Under the pieces are notes generated by a model. The model searched no databases. It worked only from the letters and a program-made list of their open reading frames with translations, and was not told where the DNA came from. A DNA stretch of 64,000 nucleotides from a candidate division TA06 bacterium B3_TA06. GTDB lineage: Bacteria; Hydrothermota; Tepidihabitantia; B3-TA06. The number at the start of each line of letters is the position of its first letter. Positions within the stretch are counted from its first letter, which is position 1. Below, in pieces: positions 36,187 through 46,374 of this stretch. The stretch spans positions 9,902-73,901 of the forward strand of contig NJBO01000003.1 of assembly GCA_005223075.1 (NCBI GenBank), given 5' to 3'. A program made the translations under genes and the position numbers.

Positions 36187-36813
36187 TTACCTGTAGATGG
36201 TCTCCCCTACGGTAACGATCCACCCTTCGTCTTCTTGAGGTATATGGAACCGAGGCCCTTGTCTGAAGTGGGGGGTCTTAGCGGCCTCTAAGTTCTGCCT
36301 GGCCGTCTCATCAAGCGGGATAAGAATAACTGTATCATGCGAAGGCTCCTCATAGGCTGCAACATGTACATCTGAGTGGTTGGTTTGGGATGATTGACCG
36401 AACCCCTGAGCGTGTGCCAGCCCAAGCGGCGGGCCAAGGGGTTCGGCTGCGGGTTCAATTACCAGTGGTGTTACGGGTTCCGCTCGAGGCTCAGGAGTGG
36501 TGCTGTGGGGAAGAAGTATAAGGAGAGCTATTGCAGCACTTATTGCAAATCCCAGGACTATCCCGCGCCACAACCCCTGAGTTTTTGGAGCCTTGGAGGC
36601 AGAAATACGTGCACGGACGCCTGCAAGGAGACCTGGAGGAACCTCAACAGGCTCAAGGCTTTCTGCCAGATCCTTAATGTGAACAATCTCTGCAAGGCGC
36701 CTCTTACACCCTGAGCACCCCTTAAGGTGACTTGCCAGGTGAGTTTTTTCCGCTCCACTCAAATCCCCGTCGGCGTAGCGGGATAGGGTTGCATCAGACG
36801 GGTGTCGGCCCAT
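36187..36813 (-). CDS. Anti-sigma factor with zinc-finger (HC2-type) N-terminus
   Basis: Start placed at internal ATG 36811-36813 (SD ggagg upstream; MGRHPSDATLSRYADGDLSGAEKTHLASHLKGCSGCKRRL); ORF-track start 36855 lies inside the sigma-factor gene. Confidence 0.6.
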   Translation of the reverse strand: MGRHPSDATLSRYADGDLSGAEKTHLASHLKGCSGCKRRLAEIVHIKDLAESLEPVEVPPGLLAGVRARISASKAPKTQGLWRGIVLGFAISAAIALLILLPHSTTPEPRAEPVTPLVIEPAAEPLGPPLGLAHAQGFGQSSQTNHSDVHVAAYEEPSHDTVILIPLDETARQNLEAAKTPHFRQGPRFHIPQEDEGWIVTVGETIYR

Positions 36814-37447
36814 TGCGCCTCCGGATTCCTTTAAGTTTTTTCCGCAAGATAACACGCGAACGATGCAGGAGCGACTTGGACGAACCCGCTGTGATACCCA
36901 GGATTTCTGCTATCTCTGCGTGACGGAAACCCTGGATGTCATGAAGCACAAAGACGCTGCGGTAGCTGGGCGACAGGCTTGCAACGGCCTTCTCGAGCTC
37001 AATGCGTGCATCGTGATCGCGCTTCGGCGAGGCCATCCACTCCTGAAGCTCGACCGTCTTAAGCTTCTTGCGCCTCATTCGATCAATGCAGTGGTTCATC
37101 GTGATCCTGTATATCCAGGTCGAAAGCTTCGAACGACCGGCGAACTTGTGCAAGTTCTTGTAGACCTTAACAAACACATCCTGTGTCGCGTCCTGTGCGT
37201 CGGCACGGTTGGCAAACATCCTGTAGCAGAGGTTGTAAACCATAGCCCCGTGGTTGGCATAGATTTGCTCCAGTTTCTTTTCTCGTTCGCGCTCCCCCAC
37301 ATCACCGCGGGCTTGCTGGGCAGCCTGCCCGCTTGTTAGCGTTACCGTTAACCCCTCGGTTTCCATCACTCTCTTTTGACGTGAAGAACCCCTGAAAGGT
37401 TCGCTTGCTCGCCTGGATTTGCCCATATCACGAAGCCGATTCATCAC
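36794..37447 (-). CDS. ECF-type RNA polymerase sigma-70 family factor
   Basis: 217 aa; region 2 (IYRITMNHCIDRMRRKK) and region 4 (RSVFVLHDIQGFRHAEIAEILGITAGSSKSLLHRSR); true start may be ATG 37444 or a downstream Met. Confidence 0.85.
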   Translation of the reverse strand: MMNRLRDMGKSRRASEPFRGSSRQKRVMETEGLTVTLTSGQAAQQARGDVGEREREKKLEQIYANHGAMVYNLCYRMFANRADAQDATQDVFVKVYKNLHKFAGRSKLSTWIYRITMNHCIDRMRRKKLKTVELQEWMASPKRDHDARIELEKAVASLSPSYRSVFVLHDIQGFRHAEIAEILGITAGSSKSLLHRSRVILRKKLKGIRRRNGPTPV

Positions 37448-37449
37448 TG

Positions 37450-37477
37450 ACTATACGTACATATTTGCCAAATTCAA
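37450..37477 (-). promoter_or_regulatory. Putative promoter TTGAAT-N16-TATAGT abutting the sigma-factor start
   Basis: Minus strand: ttgaat (37472-37477), tatagt (37450-37455), then GTG-ATG at 37447/37444. Confidence 0.4.
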
Positions 37478-37640
37478 CACTCGCTCCTCGCGATGACAAA
37501 AGGAACCGGGCCGACCTTATACCCGACCGGGGCACGTTGTCCATCCGGTGACGACGCAATTATCCTCCCTCTCCTCAATTAAAGCGAGGCACCTTGACAA
37601 TCCTGTCTCTCCCATATAATGATCTTAGAAAGGAGGAGTG

Positions 37641-38522
37641 ATGAAAAAGACATCGCTTATTTTGACAGTGGCCCTGCTGGGTACGGTTTTGCTCTCATGC
37701 ACTCCCCATATCGAAGGAGAACTGACCCTGCTGGTAGAGAACCATCTGGAGGCTACCTACTCCCCTCGCTGGTCTGCAGACGGCTCCAAGATATATTTTA
37801 TACACTCAGATGGTCCCCGCAATCCCGACGAACCCGGACAGATCTGGTCGGTCAACCTCGCAGACGAGGCGCTGGAGACGGTCTGTGGGGATACGTTTCA
37901 GGCGATGGATGTCTCTCGCCGTGACGGTATCTGCTTGCCCACCTGGTTTGAAGGCGACGATTGGATCAGGGTGGTGGACATAGAAACCTGGACCACTCTG
38001 GACTCAATAAGGCCCGAGGGCATCTACGGTTACCCCAGGTTCTCGTACGAATCCAGCGAGGTCTTTTATTATATCTATCGGAAGCAGGGTTGGGATTCAA
38101 CCTACCTGCACAGGGTCGAAAGAACCAGCGGCACGGACGAGGTTATCTTCGTCGCGGGGAAGGGCTACAGCGTTGCCCCGGGCCCGGGTGACACCCTGTT
38201 CGCCATAGGAGATGCGATCTACAACATCAACAGCGGCGAGCGAATACCACTTGATCTTGACCCTCAATTCGATGCAGCCCTTGATTGGAATCCGGCCAAC
38301 CCCTCGGAACTTCTTATCTACCAGAGGGAATCCAACCGGAATATACTTTTATTCAACCTGGAGAGGGGAAAGACGAGCAAGGTTGACGCCTCACCGGACA
38401 AAGCGGCCTGGATAGACAACCCTACCTTCTCCCCGGATGGAGAAAGGATCGCCCTCGAAGCAGCCCAGGGCGGGGACAGCTTCTACGACTATCAGATCTG
38501 GATATTCGACTCGATGGATTAG
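37641..38522 (+). CDS. Lipoprotein with PD40/TolB-like beta-propeller repeats (putative)
   Basis: SD aggagg; signal peptide with lipobox LLSC; WSADGSKIYF and FSPDGERIAL repeat motifs; start placed at ATG 37641. Confidence 0.55.
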   Translation: MKKTSLILTVALLGTVLLSCTPHIEGELTLLVENHLEATYSPRWSADGSKIYFIHSDGPRNPDEPGQIWSVNLADEALETVCGDTFQAMDVSRRDGICLPTWFEGDDWIRVVDIETWTTLDSIRPEGIYGYPRFSYESSEVFYYIYRKQGWDSTYLHRVERTSGTDEVIFVAGKGYSVAPGPGDTLFAIGDAIYNINSGERIPLDLDPQFDAALDWNPANPSELLIYQRESNRNILLFNLERGKTSKVDASPDKAAWIDNPTFSPDGERIALEAAQGGDSFYDYQIWIFDSMD

Positions 38523-38593
38523 AAAATAGCACCCCTCTCAGCCCGATTATCTCTTAGGCTCACATCCACATTCTAAATCAACTCAAGATTACC

Positions 38594-38621
38594 TTGATAA
38601 TCCATACAGAAATAGTATAAT
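38594..38621 (+). promoter_or_regulatory. Putative promoter TTGATA-N16-TATAAT
   Basis: ttgata 38594-38599, tataat 38616-38621, ~200 nt upstream of dfx. Confidence 0.4.
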
Positions 38622-38695
38622 TACTGCGATGGATGTAACTCCTGGACTGTATAACCATGTATCTGTCTCAAATATCAATTACTTACACTCCCAGC

Positions 38696-38723
38696 TTGAC
38701 ATCCCCCTTTCTTATCCTATACT
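38696..38723 (+). promoter_or_regulatory. Putative promoter TTGACA-N16-TATACT upstream of dfx
   Basis: ttgaca 38696-38701, tatact 38718-38723. Confidence 0.45.
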
Positions 38724-38830
38724 CAAAAGGGTACTTCCAGAGGGCTTTCCCGGAAGGGTACGAGAAAGTGCAGTGAGATTTTTTGAAGAGATTATTGTTT
38801 CAAAAAATCCAAAAACCCAAGGAGGGTTAA

Positions 38831-39211
38831 ATGCCTGAACTAAAAAAGATATACAGGTGTGAGGAGTGCGGGGACATGATAGAGGTCCTAAAGGAAGGCT
38901 GCGGAAACTACTCGTGTCACGGCGAACCGATGAAGCTTCTGGATGAACAGACCGCTGACTATAAGACCGAAAAGCACGTGCCCATGATCGAGAAGATAGA
39001 AGGCGGCTTCAAGGTCATCGTGGGTTCGACCCCGCATCCCATGGAGGAGGATCACTACATCGAGTGGATAGAGATTACCGATGATGCGGGACGCGTCTAC
39101 CGCAAGCACCTTAAGCCGGGCGACGTGCCTGAAGCTATCTTCATGGTTGATTCCGAAAAGATCGCTGCCCGTGAGCACTGCAACGTTCACGGTCTGTGGA
39201 AAGGAGAATAA
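38831..39211 (+). CDS. dfx: Desulfoferrodoxin (superoxide reductase, 2Fe type)
   Basis: 126 aa; N-terminal desulforedoxin CEECG...C...C motif and C-terminal His/Cys centre (HVP...H...H...C..H); SD aaggaggg. Confidence 0.9.
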   Translation: MPELKKIYRCEECGDMIEVLKEGCGNYSCHGEPMKLLDEQTADYKTEKHVPMIEKIEGGFKVIVGSTPHPMEEDHYIEWIEITDDAGRVYRKHLKPGDVPEAIFMVDSEKIAAREHCNVHGLWKGE

Positions 39212-39213
39212 CC

Positions 39214-39753
39214 ATGATAAGCAAGAAGATCGAGGACGGATTCAACAAACAGCTGAACGCCGAACTCTATGCCGCATATCTCTACTTCGCCATAGGGGCA
39301 TGGTTTGAGGGCTCCAACCTTGAAGGTTTTGCTCAATGGATGAAGGCGCAGGCGTTTGAGGAGATGAGCCATGCAATGCGCTTCTACAACCATATAATCG
39401 AACGCGGCGGAATGGTGGAGTTGTACGCTGTCAAAAAACCGGAGATCACCTTATCAACCCCTGTGGAGGCGTTTGAGGCGGCTTACGAGCATGAGCAAAA
39501 GGTCACAAGGATGATCAACGACCTGGTTGATCTGGCCCGCGAGGAGGGGGACAACGCGGCCCTTATCGGCCTCCTGCACTGGTTCGTTGCCGAGCAGATC
39601 GAGGAGGAGGAGCAGACCCTCAAGGCGGTAGAGCGGCTCAAGATGGTGGAAGGCAGCAAGGAAGGTCTCTTTATGCTGGACAAGGAGATGGGTGCAAGGC
39701 CTCTGATCGCAACCGCAACCATCCTGAATCCGGCTGCAACACCAGGCGAATAA
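39214..39753 (+). CDS. Ferritin (non-haem, Ftn-type)
   Basis: Start placed at ATG 39214 (SD ggaaaggag); ferroxidase-centre pattern E..Y...E..H...E. Confidence 0.85.
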   Translation: MISKKIEDGFNKQLNAELYAAYLYFAIGAWFEGSNLEGFAQWMKAQAFEEMSHAMRFYNHIIERGGMVELYAVKKPEITLSTPVEAFEAAYEHEQKVTRMINDLVDLAREEGDNAALIGLLHWFVAEQIEEEEQTLKAVERLKMVEGSKEGLFMLDKEMGARPLIATATILNPAATPGE

Positions 39754-39953
39754 ATGAAGACACGATGGGCATCAAGGAGATGGTTCCCGAGCGACTGGGC
39801 ACGGAAAGGGTCACCGACATCATTAAGGAGGAACTTTCCCACATCACCATGCTCAGCAATCAACTTAAGGAACTCAAGGGTTGATTCAGGCCGTTTGAGA
39901 GAAAAAGGTTGGGGGTCGCTGCAAGCGGCCCCCGCAGCCCCCAAGGAGAAGGA

Positions 39954-41453
39954 ATGTTACTCAGCCCCAAGACCAGGATCGCAGAACTTCTGAAGGCTTT
40001 CCCTTTCCTGGAGGAGTTTCTGCCCCGCTACAACCCAAAGTTTAAGAAACTCCTTAACCCGGTCGCCCGCAAGACTATCGGCAAGATAGCCACGCTGCAG
40101 ATGGCCGCCTCCAACGCCGATATTGAAGTCACCAGATTCATTGCCGATCTGCGGGATGCGATTAAGAGCCAGACCGGCCAGGAAGTTGGTATAATGAGCG
40201 CCGAGGAGATGGCAGAGCGGGCGAAAAGGATCAGGCAGATACTTGAGGAACTGCACGCAGCCGAGGGGAAGAATATCGAGGAACTGCAGGCGCGGTTCGC
40301 AGCCGAGATCAAGGACGTAAGCCCCACAGAGATCGCCGAGATCGAGCAGCAGTTGATCAAGACAGGCATCAGTGAGGAAGAGATAACCTCGATGTGTGAT
40401 TTGCACGTGGCGGTTTTCAGGGAGTCACTGGATAAACAGGACTCTCCGGGGATGCAGCCCGGGCATCCGGTGCACACCTTCCGCGCCGAGAACCGGGAAT
40501 TCGAGAAGCTGGCAAGACGGTTGAGCGAGCTGACCCGGGATGCCGACGAGCAGGCTTTGGCCGAACGTAAGGACGATCTTGAGGAAGTGCTGGATAATCT
40601 GGGCAAGATAGACATCCACTACACCCGCAAGGAGAACCAGCTATTTCCCTATCTGGAAAAACACGGGGTGCAAGGACCGCCCCAGGTGATGTGGGGGGTG
40701 CACGATCAGATTCGAGAGCACCTTAAGGCAGTTCGTGTCGGACTGACCCAGGGAAATCTCCAGGCAGTTAAAGAGCGCTCCTCAAAGCTGGCCGGTGCGG
40801 TGCTGGACATGATCTACAAGGAAGAGCAGATTCTTTATCCCATGGCCCTGGAGAAGCTGGATGAAACGGAGTGGTGGGAGATTCGCAAGGGGGAGCCGGA
40901 GATAGGGTATGCTTTAATAGATCCGCCGGGCGAGGAGTGGAGGCCGGAAATCGTGGAAGAAAGGAGCGAGGAAATGGCTAAAGAAAGAATTGAAGCAGGT
41001 TCGATGAACCTCAATGACCTGCCCGAAATCGTTGCTCGCAACATGAAACTGCCTCTGGACGTAGGCGAGCTTACCCTGGAGCAGATAAACATCATGCTCA
41101 AGCACCTGCCAGTGGACGTAAGCTTTGTGGACGAGTCGGATGAGCTGCGTTACTACTCCGACACCCCGGAGCGCATCTTCGCCCGAACCCCTGCGGTGAT
41201 CGGCCGAAAGGTGCAGAACTGCCATCCACCCAAGAGCGTGCACGTGGTTAATAAGATACTGGAAGAGTTCAAGAAAGGCAGCAAGGATGCCGCCGAGTTC
41301 TGGATCGAGCTCAAGGGTAAGTTCATCCACATCCGCTACTTCGCCATGAGAGACGCCGATGGTAACTACCGCGGAACCCTCGAGGTTAGTCAGGATGTTA
41401 CAGAGATCCGCAAGTTAGAAGGCGAGAGGCGGTTGTTGGACTGGGAGGATTAA
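39954..41453 (+). CDS. Hemerythrin-like / DUF438-DUF1858-type protein with C-terminal PAS-like domain (putative)
   Basis: Start placed at ATG 39954; domain assignment from recalled family pattern, not searched. Confidence 0.5.
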   Translation: MLLSPKTRIAELLKAFPFLEEFLPRYNPKFKKLLNPVARKTIGKIATLQMAASNADIEVTRFIADLRDAIKSQTGQEVGIMSAEEMAERAKRIRQILEELHAAEGKNIEELQARFAAEIKDVSPTEIAEIEQQLIKTGISEEEITSMCDLHVAVFRESLDKQDSPGMQPGHPVHTFRAENREFEKLARRLSELTRDADEQALAERKDDLEEVLDNLGKIDIHYTRKENQLFPYLEKHGVQGPPQVMWGVHDQIREHLKAVRVGLTQGNLQAVKERSSKLAGAVLDMIYKEEQILYPMALEKLDETEWWEIRKGEPEIGYALIDPPGEEWRPEIVEERSEEMAKERIEAGSMNLNDLPEIVARNMKLPLDVGELTLEQINIMLKHLPVDVSFVDESDELRYYSDTPERIFARTPAVIGRKVQNCHPPKSVHVVNKILEEFKKGSKDAAEFWIELKGKFIHIRYFAMRDADGNYRGTLEVSQDVTEIRKLEGERRLLDWED

Positions 41454-41463
41454 GGAGAACGCC

Positions 41464-41670
41464 ATGGAAGCAAAGAAGATAAAAATCCCAGCGATAAGCT
41501 GTCATCACTGTAAGATGACCATAGAGCGGGAGTTAGGTGAACTTGAAGGTGTAAGGAGCGTTGAGGTAGACGTTGATGCCAAGACCGCCCGCATTCGGTG
41601 GGATGCGCCTGCAACCTGGGAGCAGATCAAAAAGACCCTCACCGAGATCGGCTATCCACCTGAGGAATAG
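41464..41670 (+). CDS. Small HMA-like metal-binding protein with CxxC
   Basis: 68 aa; IPAISCHHCKMTIE (non-canonical CxxC context). Confidence 0.55.
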   Translation: MEAKKIKIPAISCHHCKMTIERELGELEGVRSVEVDVDAKTARIRWDAPATWEQIKKTLTEIGYPPEE

Positions 41671-41674
41671 ATAC

Positions 41675-41881
41675 ATGGAGAAGAAGATAGTCAAGATACC
41701 GGCGATCGGCGGCCACTACAGCCTCATCGAGATGCGGAACGAGCTGGCAAAGCTTGAAGGCGTAAAGGACGTAAAGGTGGATATCACCACCAAGCAAGCG
41801 CGTTTCATCTGGGAAGCACCCGCCACATGGGAGAAGATCAAGGAGCGCATAAGCGCCATCGGCTACCCGCCCCAGGAGTGA
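41675..41881 (+). CDS. Small HMA-like paralog lacking the CxxC pair
   Basis: 68 aa; start placed at ATG 41675; IPAIGGHYSLIE aligns to the CxxC region of the upstream paralog; shared C-terminus WEAPATWEKIKERISAIGYPP. Confidence 0.5.
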   Translation: MEKKIVKIPAIGGHYSLIEMRNELAKLEGVKDVKVDITTKQARFIWEAPATWEKIKERISAIGYPPQE

Positions 41882-41913
41882 AGCCCGACGCATAGAGACC
41901 GCTAGGAGGACTG

Positions 41914-44151
41914 ATGCCGCCTAAATCTCAAAAGACCGAGATACCCATAATCGGCATGACCTGCACCAACTGCGCGTTGACAATCGAGCGCTCGCTGAAG
42001 CGCAAGGTGCCCGGTCTGATCTCGGCCAACGTAAACTTTGCAACAGAGCGAGCATCGGTGGAGTTCGATTCTAAGTTAGCCGATCTCAAGGTGATAGCCG
42101 ACGTTGTCGAGCGGGCAGGCTACAAGGCGGTTCTGCCTGATGACGACGCGAAAGCGGCGGACGCCGAGCAGGAGGCACGGGAGAAAGAGGTTCGCAGGGA
42201 GCGCACCGCGTTCTGGGTGGGTGTGGCGTTCACCGTTCCCCTGTTCGTTTTGAGCATGAGCAGAGATTTTGGGCTCGTAGGCGCGTGGGCTCACCAGCCC
42301 TGGGTCAACTGGCTGTTCCTTGCTCTTGCTCTCCCGGTTCAGTTCTTTACCGGCCTGGGATTCTACATCGGAGGCTTCAAGTCCTTAAGGAACCGCTCGG
42401 CCAACATGGAGGTGCTGGTGGCGATGGGCTCCTCGGTGGCATTCTTCTATTCCCTGGCGGTAATCCTGGTACCCCTGATCGCTCCAGGCATAAGCATCGG
42501 CGAACACGTCTACTTCGAGACCGCAGCCATGATCATCACCCTTATCAAGCTCGGAAAGATGCTTGAGGTGATGGCCAAGGGAAGGACGTCGGCGGCAATA
42601 CGAAAGCTGATGGATCTTGCCCCCAAGATCGCCCATGTGATTGATGCCGACGGAAACGAGAAGGATGTTCCGGCTGATCAGGTGAGACGAGGCGACGTAG
42701 TAATAGTCAAGCCCGGCGAGGCGATACCGGTAGACGGGAAGGTAATTGCCGGAAGTTCCTCAATAGATGAGAGCATGCTGACCGGCGAGTCCATACCGGT
42801 GGACAAGAAGGAAGGGGCTGAGGTGTTCGGCGCCACCGTCAATCAACAGGGTCTTTTGAAGGTTAAGGCCACCGGTGTTGGCTCGGAGACCGCACTCGCC
42901 CAGATCATAAGATTGGTAAGGGCGGCGCAGGGTTCGAAGGCACCCATTCAGAGGTTAGCGGACAGGGTGTCCGGTGTGTTCGTGCCCACGATTATCGGAA
43001 TAGCGATCGTGACCTTTGCTTTGTGGTGGGGATTGGGAGGCGAGTTCGTTCCTGCCATGCTAAGGATGGTTGCGGTTCTTGTGATCGCCTGCCCCTGCGC
43101 ATTAGGATTAGCCACACCGACCGCAATAATGGTAGGTACAGGCAAGGGTGCGCAGATGGGCATCCTCTTCAAATCGAGTGAGGCGCTGGAGACCGCCCAC
43201 AAGCTGGACACGATAATGTTCGATAAGACCGGGACCATAACAGAAGGCAAGCCGGTGCTTACCGATTGGTTGCCTCTGGATAACGGAGATGAAGGACTTG
43301 TTCTCGCCGCAAGTGCTGAGCGCGGCTCCGAGCATCCTATTGCGAAGGCGGTGGTTGAGGGAGCGGAGGGGAAGGGGGCGAAACTTAAAGAACCGAGGGA
43401 TTTCAAAGCGGTCTCAGGATTCGGGGTAACAGCCACAGTCAATGGCAAAGATGTGAAAGTAGGCAAACCCGACTGGTTCGAGTTGAGCAGTGAGATTAAA
43501 GGCAGAGTGGATGAGCTGGCATCGGCGGGCAAGACGGTGATAGTGGTTGAGGTGGATGGCAAGGTGGTAGGACTCTTGGCAGTAGCAGATGAAGAAAAGC
43601 CCTCCTCCCATGAAGCGGTAGCTTCCCTTAAGTTTCTGGGGTTGGTACCTGTGATGCTCACAGGCGACAACGAACGGGCGGCTCAAGCCATTGCTCAAAA
43701 AGTGGGAATTGATAAAGTAATCGCCGGGGTTCTTCCAGAGAAAAAGGAATCCTACATCAATGAATATCAAAAGGATGGGAGGAGGGCGGCGATGGTGGGT
43801 GACGGCATCAACGACGCGCCTGCCCTGGCACGGGCGGACGTAGGGATAGCGATAGGCACTGGCACGGATATAGCGATGGAGGCATCGGATGTAACCCTGG
43901 TGGGCGGCGACCTTGCTGGCGTAGCCAAGGCGATCAAACTCTCCAAGGCAACCATGCGCACCATAAAGCAGAACCTGTTCTGGGCGTTTGCATACAACAC
44001 CGCGCTCGTTCCCCTGGCTGCCGGGGTATTCGCCGCGGTAGGGCTTCTGCCGGGCTTCATCCTTCACCCAATGCTCGCCGCCGGTGCCATGGCGTTTTCG
44101 AGTGTGACTGTGGTGTTAAACAGTTTGAGGCTCTCACGGAAAAAGATATAA
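41914..44151 (+). CDS. copA: Copper-translocating P-type ATPase
   Basis: 745 aa; N-terminal HMA GMTCTNC, CPC transport motif, DKTGT phosphorylation site, GDGINDAP hinge. Confidence 0.9.
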   Translation: MPPKSQKTEIPIIGMTCTNCALTIERSLKRKVPGLISANVNFATERASVEFDSKLADLKVIADVVERAGYKAVLPDDDAKAADAEQEAREKEVRRERTAFWVGVAFTVPLFVLSMSRDFGLVGAWAHQPWVNWLFLALALPVQFFTGLGFYIGGFKSLRNRSANMEVLVAMGSSVAFFYSLAVILVPLIAPGISIGEHVYFETAAMIITLIKLGKMLEVMAKGRTSAAIRKLMDLAPKIAHVIDADGNEKDVPADQVRRGDVVIVKPGEAIPVDGKVIAGSSSIDESMLTGESIPVDKKEGAEVFGATVNQQGLLKVKATGVGSETALAQIIRLVRAAQGSKAPIQRLADRVSGVFVPTIIGIAIVTFALWWGLGGEFVPAMLRMVAVLVIACPCALGLATPTAIMVGTGKGAQMGILFKSSEALETAHKLDTIMFDKTGTITEGKPVLTDWLPLDNGDEGLVLAASAERGSEHPIAKAVVEGAEGKGAKLKEPRDFKAVSGFGVTATVNGKDVKVGKPDWFELSSEIKGRVDELASAGKTVIVVEVDGKVVGLLAVADEEKPSSHEAVASLKFLGLVPVMLTGDNERAAQAIAQKVGIDKVIAGVLPEKKESYINEYQKDGRRAAMVGDGINDAPALARADVGIAIGTGTDIAMEASDVTLVGGDLAGVAKAIKLSKATMRTIKQNLFWAFAYNTALVPLAAGVFAAVGLLPGFILHPMLAAGAMAFSSVTVVLNSLRLSRKKI

Positions 44152-44157
44152 TTATGA

Positions 44158-44245
44158 AGTGCAATGACACAGTCATTGCAGTCCAAAAGATTTTATGGAG
44201 TGCAACGAGCGTCTCGTTGCTTGCGACAACACGGTTGTCGCACTC
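44158..44245. repeat. REP-like palindromic cluster upstream of RAYT gene
   Basis: tgcaatgacacagtcattgca and ggagtgcaacgagcgtctcgttgcttgcgacaacacggttgtcgcactcc (outer stem enclosing two inner hairpins). Confidence 0.7.
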
Positions 44246-44262
44246 CAGAATAGCGTTGTATA

Positions 44263-44817
44263 ATGAGCGATGATTTAATCTACAAGCAGCACAAACACAA
44301 TCCACCTCATCTGTTCATCCCCAAAGCCAAATACTTCATCACCGCTTCTACATACCAGAAAAAGCCTTTTCTAAGTTCTCATGAGAGCAAATCGCGTCTC
44401 CTGGAATCCATAATTAAAGGATGCGATAAATCCAACTGGTTATTGGAAGATTGGGTTATACTCGACAATCATTATCACCTGATGCTGCAAGCCCCTGAGG
44501 AGGATCCTGATTTATCCAAAATGATCAGTGAAATCCATCGCTTTACCGCTCTCTGGATAAAGAAAAATGCCTTGGAAGCGAAATCGGCTAAAAGAATCTT
44601 CTGGAACTACTGGGATAGATGTATTACTCACGAACGGTCTTACTTTGCCAGACTAAACTACATTTACTTCAACCCGGTAAAGCATGGATATGTCCCAAAT
44701 CCTGAAGATTATCCGCATGGGAGTTATTATTACAGAATAAAGACTGAAGAAGAACGCCTCAAAAAACTACAACAAGATTATCCTTGGGGTCGTGTCAATG
44801 TCAATGACGATTTCTAG
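44263..44817 (+). CDS. REP-associated tyrosine transposase (RAYT, IS200-like Y1 HUH family)
   Basis: 184 aa; HUH motif NHYHLML and YIYFNPVKHGYV region; flanked on both sides by REP-like palindromes. Confidence 0.7.
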   Translation: MSDDLIYKQHKHNPPHLFIPKAKYFITASTYQKKPFLSSHESKSRLLESIIKGCDKSNWLLEDWVILDNHYHLMLQAPEEDPDLSKMISEIHRFTALWIKKNALEAKSAKRIFWNYWDRCITHERSYFARLNYIYFNPVKHGYVPNPEDYPHGSYYYRIKTEEERLKKLQQDYPWGRVNVNDDF

Positions 44818-44910
44818 CTTGACGCAACAACACGGTTGTCGTACTCCAAAAACCCACTCTGGAGTGCAACGAGCGCCTCGTTGCATGCAACAACACGGTT
44901 GTTGCACTCC
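44818..44910. repeat. REP-like palindromic cluster downstream of RAYT gene
   Basis: cttgacgcaacaacacggttgtcgtactcc and ggagtgcaacgagcgcctcgttgcatgcaacaacacggttgttgcactcc. Confidence 0.7.
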
Positions 44911-44924
44911 AAAATAATCTGTAA

Positions 44925-45371
44925 ATGCCTGATAAGATAAAAGTGCTTTTTCTCTGCATCGGCAACTCATGCCGCTCCCAGATGGCGGAAGGGTTACTCA
45001 GACATCTTGCAGGCGAGCGGTTCGAGGTGGAAAGCGCAGGCACCATCCCTTGCTTCGTTCAGCCTAATGCGATCCAGGTTATGGGTGAACTGGGCGTTGA
45101 CATATCCGGGCAGCGCTCAAAGCACGTGCAAGAATTTCAAGGCCAGTCCTTCGATTACGTTATCTCCCTGTGCGGCGAGAACAACTGCCACTCGTTTATA
45201 GGAAAGGCAGGCCAGAGCCTGCACTGGCCGTTTTCTGACCCGATCAGCGCATCCGGAACCGAGGAGAAGGTGCTGGGTGAGTTCCGCACCGTAAGGGACG
45301 CAATCAGAGCGAAGCTGGAAGAGTTCATAGCCGACCCTGGTTCCTTCTCCTCTGATTATGGAGTGCAATGA
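44925..45371 (+). CDS. arsC: Arsenate reductase / low-molecular-weight phosphotyrosine phosphatase family
   Basis: 148 aa; CIGNSCRS P-loop (CX5R); last codons and stop are supplied by the REP copy at 45359. Confidence 0.7.
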   Translation: MPDKIKVLFLCIGNSCRSQMAEGLLRHLAGERFEVESAGTIPCFVQPNAIQVMGELGVDISGQRSKHVQEFQGQSFDYVISLCGENNCHSFIGKAGQSLHWPFSDPISASGTEEKVLGEFRTVRDAIRAKLEEFIADPGSFSSDYGVQ

Positions 45372-45407
45372 CCGTGTCATTGCTACAACAACACGGTTGT
45401 TGTACTC
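45359..45407. repeat. REP-like palindrome overlapping the arsC 3' end
   Basis: ggagtgcaatgaccgtgtcattgctacaacaacacggttgttgtactcc. Confidence 0.7.
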
Positions 45408-45478
45408 CAAAGGACTTTCGTGAATGTTGCTTTCATCCCCATGTCAAGTAAAATTAGCTAAAGACTCAAGGAGGAGAA

Positions 45479-45988
45479 ATGACTGTAGAAGAGGCGATCA
45501 AGACCGCAATCACCTACGAGACCAGGGTGCGAGACGTTTACCAGGAGGCGGTGGAAAAAGCAACCGACGAGAAGGGCAGACGCATCTTCAAGCTTCTGGC
45601 CGACGAAGAACAGCACCATCTTGACTTCCTTTATTCAAAACTTGCGATGTGGCAGGCATCAGGAGAACTCACCATCGAAGGACTCAGAACCGCTCTTCCC
45701 TCCAAGGAAAGAATCATCGAAGGCACCAAAAAGATGAAAGCCCAGGTCTCCCGGAAGGACTACGGGGCCGAGATCAACATGCTCCAAAAGGCTCTTGAAG
45801 CGGAAAAGGTAACATCGAGCTTCTACAAAAAGATGGTTGAAAAACTCCCCGGCGATGCCCAGAAGATGTTTGCCCAATTCGTGGAGATCGAGGAAGGACA
45901 CCTCGCCTTAGTGCAGGCAGAGCTGGATTCGGTTACAAAGATGGGCTACTGGTTCGACTTCCGCGAGTTCGATCTCTACGGCAATTAA
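45479..45988 (+). CDS. Ferritin-like / rubrerythrin-family diiron protein (putative)
   Basis: 169 aa; E...EEQHH and EIEEGH pairs typical of four-helix-bundle diiron proteins; no rubredoxin domain. Confidence 0.5.
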   Translation: MTVEEAIKTAITYETRVRDVYQEAVEKATDEKGRRIFKLLADEEQHHLDFLYSKLAMWQASGELTIEGLRTALPSKERIIEGTKKMKAQVSRKDYGAEINMLQKALEAEKVTSSFYKKMVEKLPGDAQKMFAQFVEIEEGHLALVQAELDSVTKMGYWFDFREFDLYGN

Positions 45989-45991
45989 TCA

Positions 45992-46026
45992 CCCCACGAC
46001 TTTGCTCACAAAGTCGCGGGGACCCC
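45992..46026 (-). repeat. R1 hairpin repeat (reverse orientation)
   Basis: ccccacgactttgctcacaaagtcgcggggacccc. Confidence 0.65.
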
Positions 46027-46171
46027 AAAATCTTTTCGACAATCGCCGGAATACTTCATCAAGATTCTAAAATCGGCAATCCTCAAACAATGTGGTCTGA
46101 CAAGGAAAGAACTTGAAACTCTGTTATGACCGAGTCCATTATTTCGCTAAGCAACAAGCCTTGCTCACCCC

Positions 46172-46280
46172 GTCATTGCGAGCCACCGCAGGTGGCGTGG
46201 CTCCGTAGGATGACGGCTGCGGAACAATCTCATTGAGATTGCTTCTTCCTGACGCCTGCGACGTTAGGACTCGCAATGAC
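46172..46280. repeat. R7 MITE-like element, copy 2
   Basis: TIR gtcattgcgag (46172-46182) and ctcgcaatgac (46270-46280). Confidence 0.6.
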
Positions 46281-46374
46281 TAACCCTTCTTTCGGAAACT
46301 TCATCTCCCCTAACCACCGACCTACAATCACCCCGCGCTTGACACCCACTTATGCTCGGATATATTACTAGCCT

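Noticed and set aside
38629-38838. 69-aa ORF upstream of dfx
   Set aside because: Spans two promoter-like elements and the dfx SD; no SD of its own; more likely 5' UTR
44254-44264. TATAAT hexamer overlapping the RAYT start codon as a promoter
   Set aside because: A transcript initiating downstream would lack the ATG; the hexamer is part of the REP/RAYT junction
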